Position numbers and translations under genes: made by a program
Shown here: piece by piece, positions 17,244 through 20,000 of the stretch
Position numbering within the stretch: position 1 is the stretch's first letter
Layout: the number at the start of each line of letters is the position of its first letter
The notes under the pieces: generated by a model
What the model saw: the letters and a program-made list of their open reading frames with translations, nothing else
The model's database searches: none
What the model was told of the DNA's origin: nothing
Virus record (IMG/VR): IMGVR_UViG_3300030376_006489
From: an uncultured virus (IMG/VR IMGVR_UViG_3300030376_006489)
Lineage: Duplodnaviria > Heunggongvirae > Uroviricota > Caudoviricetes
Direction: 5' to 3' (one strand)
DNA: 20,000 nucleotides

Positions 17244-17663
17244 ATGGCAAAATTACTAAACTCAAGTCAAACAAAGTGGATGTATTTCTGTAATAACGAA
17301 TCTGCTACTGCAAAATTACAAGTTGCTGTACCTATTGGTTCAGAAGCTTCACACTTTCAAATAAAATCTGCAGCTGCAACAGTAGTAACAGTAGTTCTCA
17401 AAGAAGCAGGACATGCTGGTACATTACCCGTATTAGGTACAAGAAAAGATTGCGCAATAGAATTAGGGTGTGATGCTGGAAATGCACCATTTATAATAAA
17501 AACTTTTATGAAATGGATAGCTGCTGCTGGGACGGATGCTATAGATCCTAGTAATCAGAGATTTTTAGAATTTACTGGAAAGAATGCATCTGTATCTTCT
17601 ATACCAGCTATGTTTGATGGTAAAATAAAACATGTGAAAGTTGATTTTAACGCAGCAGCATAA
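17244..17663 (+). CDS. Hypothetical (probably structural) protein, tandem paralogue A
   Basis: Full-length similarity to 17693..18094. Preceded by a poly-A/T leader (ttaaacaaaaATG) typical of SD-less Bacteroidota initiation. Confidence 0.85.
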   Translation: MAKLLNSSQTKWMYFCNNESATAKLQVAVPIGSEASHFQIKSAAATVVTVVLKEAGHAGTLPVLGTRKDCAIELGCDAGNAPFIIKTFMKWIAAAGTDAIDPSNQRFLEFTGKNASVSSIPAMFDGKIKHVKVDFNAAA

Positions 17664-17692
17664 TTAAATAATAATTAAATAAATATTAAAAA

Positions 17693-18094
17693 ATGGCAAA
17701 TTTATTAAACTCAAGTCAACCTAAATGGTTATATTTTCAAGAGAGTGCTAATATAATAACTGTTCCAATTGGTGAGAATCCCCAATTGTTATCTGTTAAA
17801 TCTGCAGCACAAGGAAGCGTTACTGTTGCTTTACATCAAGCGGGTCATACAGGTACATTACCTGCTGTTACAGCTAATAAAGACGCAACTATAAAACTTG
17901 TTTGTGCTAATGGAGATGAAGCTTTTATTATCCAACAACTTATGAGATGGATTGTAGATGCTGGAACTAGTGCTATAGCTTCTAGCAATCAAAGATTTCT
18001 TGAAATTGTTGGTACAACTTCTACTATAACAAGTCTACCAGCTAGATTTAATAGTAAGATAACTGGTATAGATATACAATTTGACGCTAATTAG
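17693..18094 (+). CDS. Hypothetical (probably structural) protein, tandem paralogue B
   Basis: Shares LLNSSQ.KW.YF, VPIG, KSAA, AGH.GTLP, FII...M.WI..AGT.AI and SNQRFLE with paralogue A. Ends in tandem TAG TAG. Confidence 0.85.
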   Translation: MANLLNSSQPKWLYFQESANIITVPIGENPQLLSVKSAAQGSVTVALHQAGHTGTLPAVTANKDATIKLVCANGDEAFIIQQLMRWIVDAGTSAIASSNQRFLEIVGTTSTITSLPARFNSKITGIDIQFDAN

Positions 18095-18119
18095 TAGGTA
18101 AACTAAGGTATATTTTTAA

Positions 18120-18145
18120 TAAGGTGCTGCTTTGGTGGTGCCTTA
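18120..18145 (+). terminator. Intergenic RNA hairpin (possible weak terminator or processing/stability element)
   Basis: taaggtgctgc-tttg-gtggtgcctta forms an 11-bp stem with four G-U pairs. It is a GC-rich island in an AT-rich spacer and has no canonical downstream U-tract. Confidence 0.45.
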
Positions 18146-18157
18146 AATACTATTAAT

Positions 18158-18598
18158 ATGAAAAAACGTTACAACATGGGTGGTAGACCAGATGATGTTC
18201 AACCGGGGTTTAGAAATAAACAACATGGGTTAAGAACAATGGTTAGTCCAAGAAGAAGTTATACTCCACAGTCACAGATGGGCAGTCCTCCTTTTGTTAA
18301 TCAAGCGGGGGTTCCAAATGCTAATGCTAGAATTTTACATCAACAACAAATGATGATTGATCAATTAAAATTGAACAATCAACAATTAGATGTTCAAAAT
18401 AAATTACTTAATACACAAATAGAATTAAAAAATACAATAAATAGTGCTAGAAAGGTTCCAAAAACTAAAGATGCTGGTGCAAAATTTTCACCTAAAAAGA
18501 AAGGTGGTGTAAGATCTGAACAAGAAGAGAGGGTTGGAAATAAAATAATTATTGCATCTTCTAATAGCTCAATGAAACGAGGAGGTCAAATTAAATAG
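18158..18598 (+). CDS. Hypothetical basic/Gln-rich protein with three basic-GG motifs
   Basis: MKKRYNMGG, PKKKGG and SMKRGG motifs flank a Q/N-rich coiled-coil core. Confidence 0.7.
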   Translation: MKKRYNMGGRPDDVQPGFRNKQHGLRTMVSPRRSYTPQSQMGSPPFVNQAGVPNANARILHQQQMMIDQLKLNNQQLDVQNKLLNTQIELKNTINSARKVPKTKDAGAKFSPKKKGGVRSEQEERVGNKIIIASSNSSMKRGGQIK

Positions 18599-18600
18599 AA

Positions 18601-18885
18601 ATGGCAAAAGAATTAAATGAAGATTCAGGTTTTAAGGTTAGTATAAAAACCTTGATTGCAATTGGGTTTGCAATGGCTACAGTAATTGGTATGTGGTTTG
18701 CCCTTCAAGCAGATATAGAAGAAGCTAAGATGCTTCCTGAACCACCAGCACCAGATGTAACAAGAATGGAGTTTGATATGAAGGATAAAAATATACGTCT
18801 CACTATTGAGAATACTCAAGATGATGTGACAGAGATCAAAGAAGATTTAAGACGTATAGAAGACAAAATTGATGATTTAAAATGA
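18601..18885 (+). CDS. Single-TM protein with C-terminal coiled coil
   Basis: TM segment TLIAIGFAMATVIGMWFAL, Pro linker PEPPAP, heptads VTEIKEDLRRIEDKIDDL. Its stop overlaps the next start as ATGA. Confidence 0.75.
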   Translation: MAKELNEDSGFKVSIKTLIAIGFAMATVIGMWFALQADIEEAKMLPEPPAPDVTRMEFDMKDKNIRLTIENTQDDVTEIKEDLRRIEDKIDDLK

Positions 18886-19205
18886 AGTATTTAATAATAG
18901 TATTCTTCTTATTTGTGACAACTATGTATTCACAAATAGAAGTTATTCAATATAATGCAGGATGGAATTCCACTAATGATGTAGAATGGGTAGAAGATTT
19001 ATCAGATTGTGAATTAGATTATATTGATATAGGAGAAAAACCAAAACAACAACAAAAATATAATATAGCAGTTGTTCCAACTATAATAGTTTTTGATGAA
19101 GGAGAAGAAATTAAAAGATATCAAGCAGATATTTCTTTTAGTATGAAAGCAACAAAAGAAGAGATTCAAGAATTTATAGATGAAATAATAGCAAATAAAT
19201 TTTAG
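18882..19205 (+). CDS. Secreted thioredoxin-fold protein lacking the CxxC motif
   Basis: Signal peptide MKYLIIVFFLFVTTMYS-Q. VIQYNAGWNSTN sits at the position of hhhFxAxWCGPC, and KYNIAVVPTIIVFDEGEEIKR matches the thioredoxin cis-Pro segment. Confidence 0.75.
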   Translation: MKYLIIVFFLFVTTMYSQIEVIQYNAGWNSTNDVEWVEDLSDCELDYIDIGEKPKQQQKYNIAVVPTIIVFDEGEEIKRYQADISFSMKATKEEIQEFIDEIIANKF

Positions 19206-19208
19206 CAT

Positions 19209-20000
19209 ATGAAAAAACTAATCTTTTTTTTGATATTACCTTTATTTATGATATCTCAAGATAGTTGGGTAGAAATAAGTTTTCAATTTGATGATTATGC
19301 AGAAGAAGTGTCATGGGGTTTTTATAACTCTACTGATACTATTTCTATTGATACAGGTTTCTATGAAAGTGAACAATCTAATGCTTACCAGTTTATAGAA
19401 TTAAACTCAGGAGACTATACATTTCAGTTAATGGATTCATTTGGTGATGGATTATCATGGCCAGAAGACGGATGGTGTTTAGTTTCTAATGCTTGTCAAG
19501 ACACTTTATTTTATGCATCAGGTGATTACGGTATGGGTTTAATTGAGTCCCTTACAATTGCTCCTTGTGCTCCTCCAGAGCCTGCAGTAATTGATTGTAT
19601 GGATGAAAACGCAACAAATTATAATCCAGATGCTGATGTAAACGATCAGTCTTTATGTGAATATCCACCATGTGAAGGATGGGGTGAGCCTTTTGTAGAT
19701 CAGGCATGTGATGGTGGTCAAGCACTTCTTTATTGGAATTGGGAAGCTTCAGATAATCCTAATTGTAATGTAATTCAAATAACTTATAGCGGTGAAAACA
19801 CTAACTCTTACAACTTTGATGTTAATATAGATAATGGTATATGGGGTGTTTATACTGGTAATGGTCAAATGCCTCCTAACTGGGAAGAAGAATATTCATT
19901 CCAAGCAATGTTTGCTGATAGTACTATGTCAGATACATTATTTCATACACCATATCCATGTACACAAGGATGTACAGATGATGATGCTCCTAACTATAAT
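19209..20000 (+). CDS. Secreted acidic Cys-containing protein with CxDxxAxNYN repeats, Flavobacteriales surface-protein-like (3'-partial)
   Basis: Absent from the track because there is no stop in the window; 264 codons open. Signal peptide MKKLIFFLILPLFMIS-Q, then FDDYAEEVSW and GDYTFQLMDSFGDG. Repeats DCMDENATNYNPDA (from 19593) and GCTDDDAPNYN (19968-20000). Confidence 0.85.
   Translation, partial: MKKLIFFLILPLFMISQDSWVEISFQFDDYAEEVSWGFYNSTDTISIDTGFYESEQSNAYQFIELNSGDYTFQLMDSFGDGLSWPEDGWCLVSNACQDTLFYASGDYGMGLIESLTIAPCAPPEPAVIDCMDENATNYNPDADVNDQSLCEYPPCEGWGEPFVDQACDGGQALLYWNWEASDNPNCNVIQITYSGENTNSYNFDVNIDNGIWGVYTGNGQMPPNWEEEYSFQAMFADSTMSDTLFHTPYPCTQGCTDDDAPNYN

Noticed and set aside
17204..17692. 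AT-rich 'aataataatt' repeats as a CRISPR or iteron array
   Set aside because: There are only two short low-complexity intergenic leaders and no regular repeat-spacer periodicity.
15675..19208. Tracked ORFs 15675..16103(+), 16388..16639(-), 16876..17076(-), 18625..18819(-), 19014..19208(-)
   Set aside because: Each lies antisense to a better-supported gene and shows shadow-type composition.
1..20000. Stop-codon reassignment (TAG to Gln or TGA to Trp), as in some crAss-like phages
   Set aside because: More than 4500 codons of giant ORFs contain no in-frame TAG or TGA, and these codons terminate genes at sensible boundaries (18094, 18598, 18885, 19205). The standard code fits.

Overview
AT-rich bacteriophage DNA, most consistent with a crAss-like (Crassvirales-related, Cellulophaga phi14:2-type) phage of a Bacteroidota/Flavobacteriales host; this assignment is inferred from protein motifs, with no search run. 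The left 13.7 kb holds two giant plus-strand genes. The first is a single-chain virion RNA polymerase, open from base 1 (at least 2698 aa), with a GADMDIDK catalytic loop and an apparent SLOG/YspA-like inserted domain. The second is a 1875-aa probable ejected protein carrying degenerate zincin and PD-(D/E)xK motifs. A short minus-strand island follows: a small hypothetical gene, a class II (B12-dependent) ribonucleotide reductase, and an overlapping 49-aa Cys-rich DUF5522-like ORF missing from the ORF track. The right end is a plus-strand cluster of small genes: membrane/coiled-coil proteins, basic 'GG-motif' proteins, two tandem paralogues, a secreted thioredoxin-fold protein without CxxC, and an untracked, window-truncated secreted protein with Flavobacteriales-type CxDxxAxNYN repeats. 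I saw no tRNA, rRNA, CRISPR array or mobile element.
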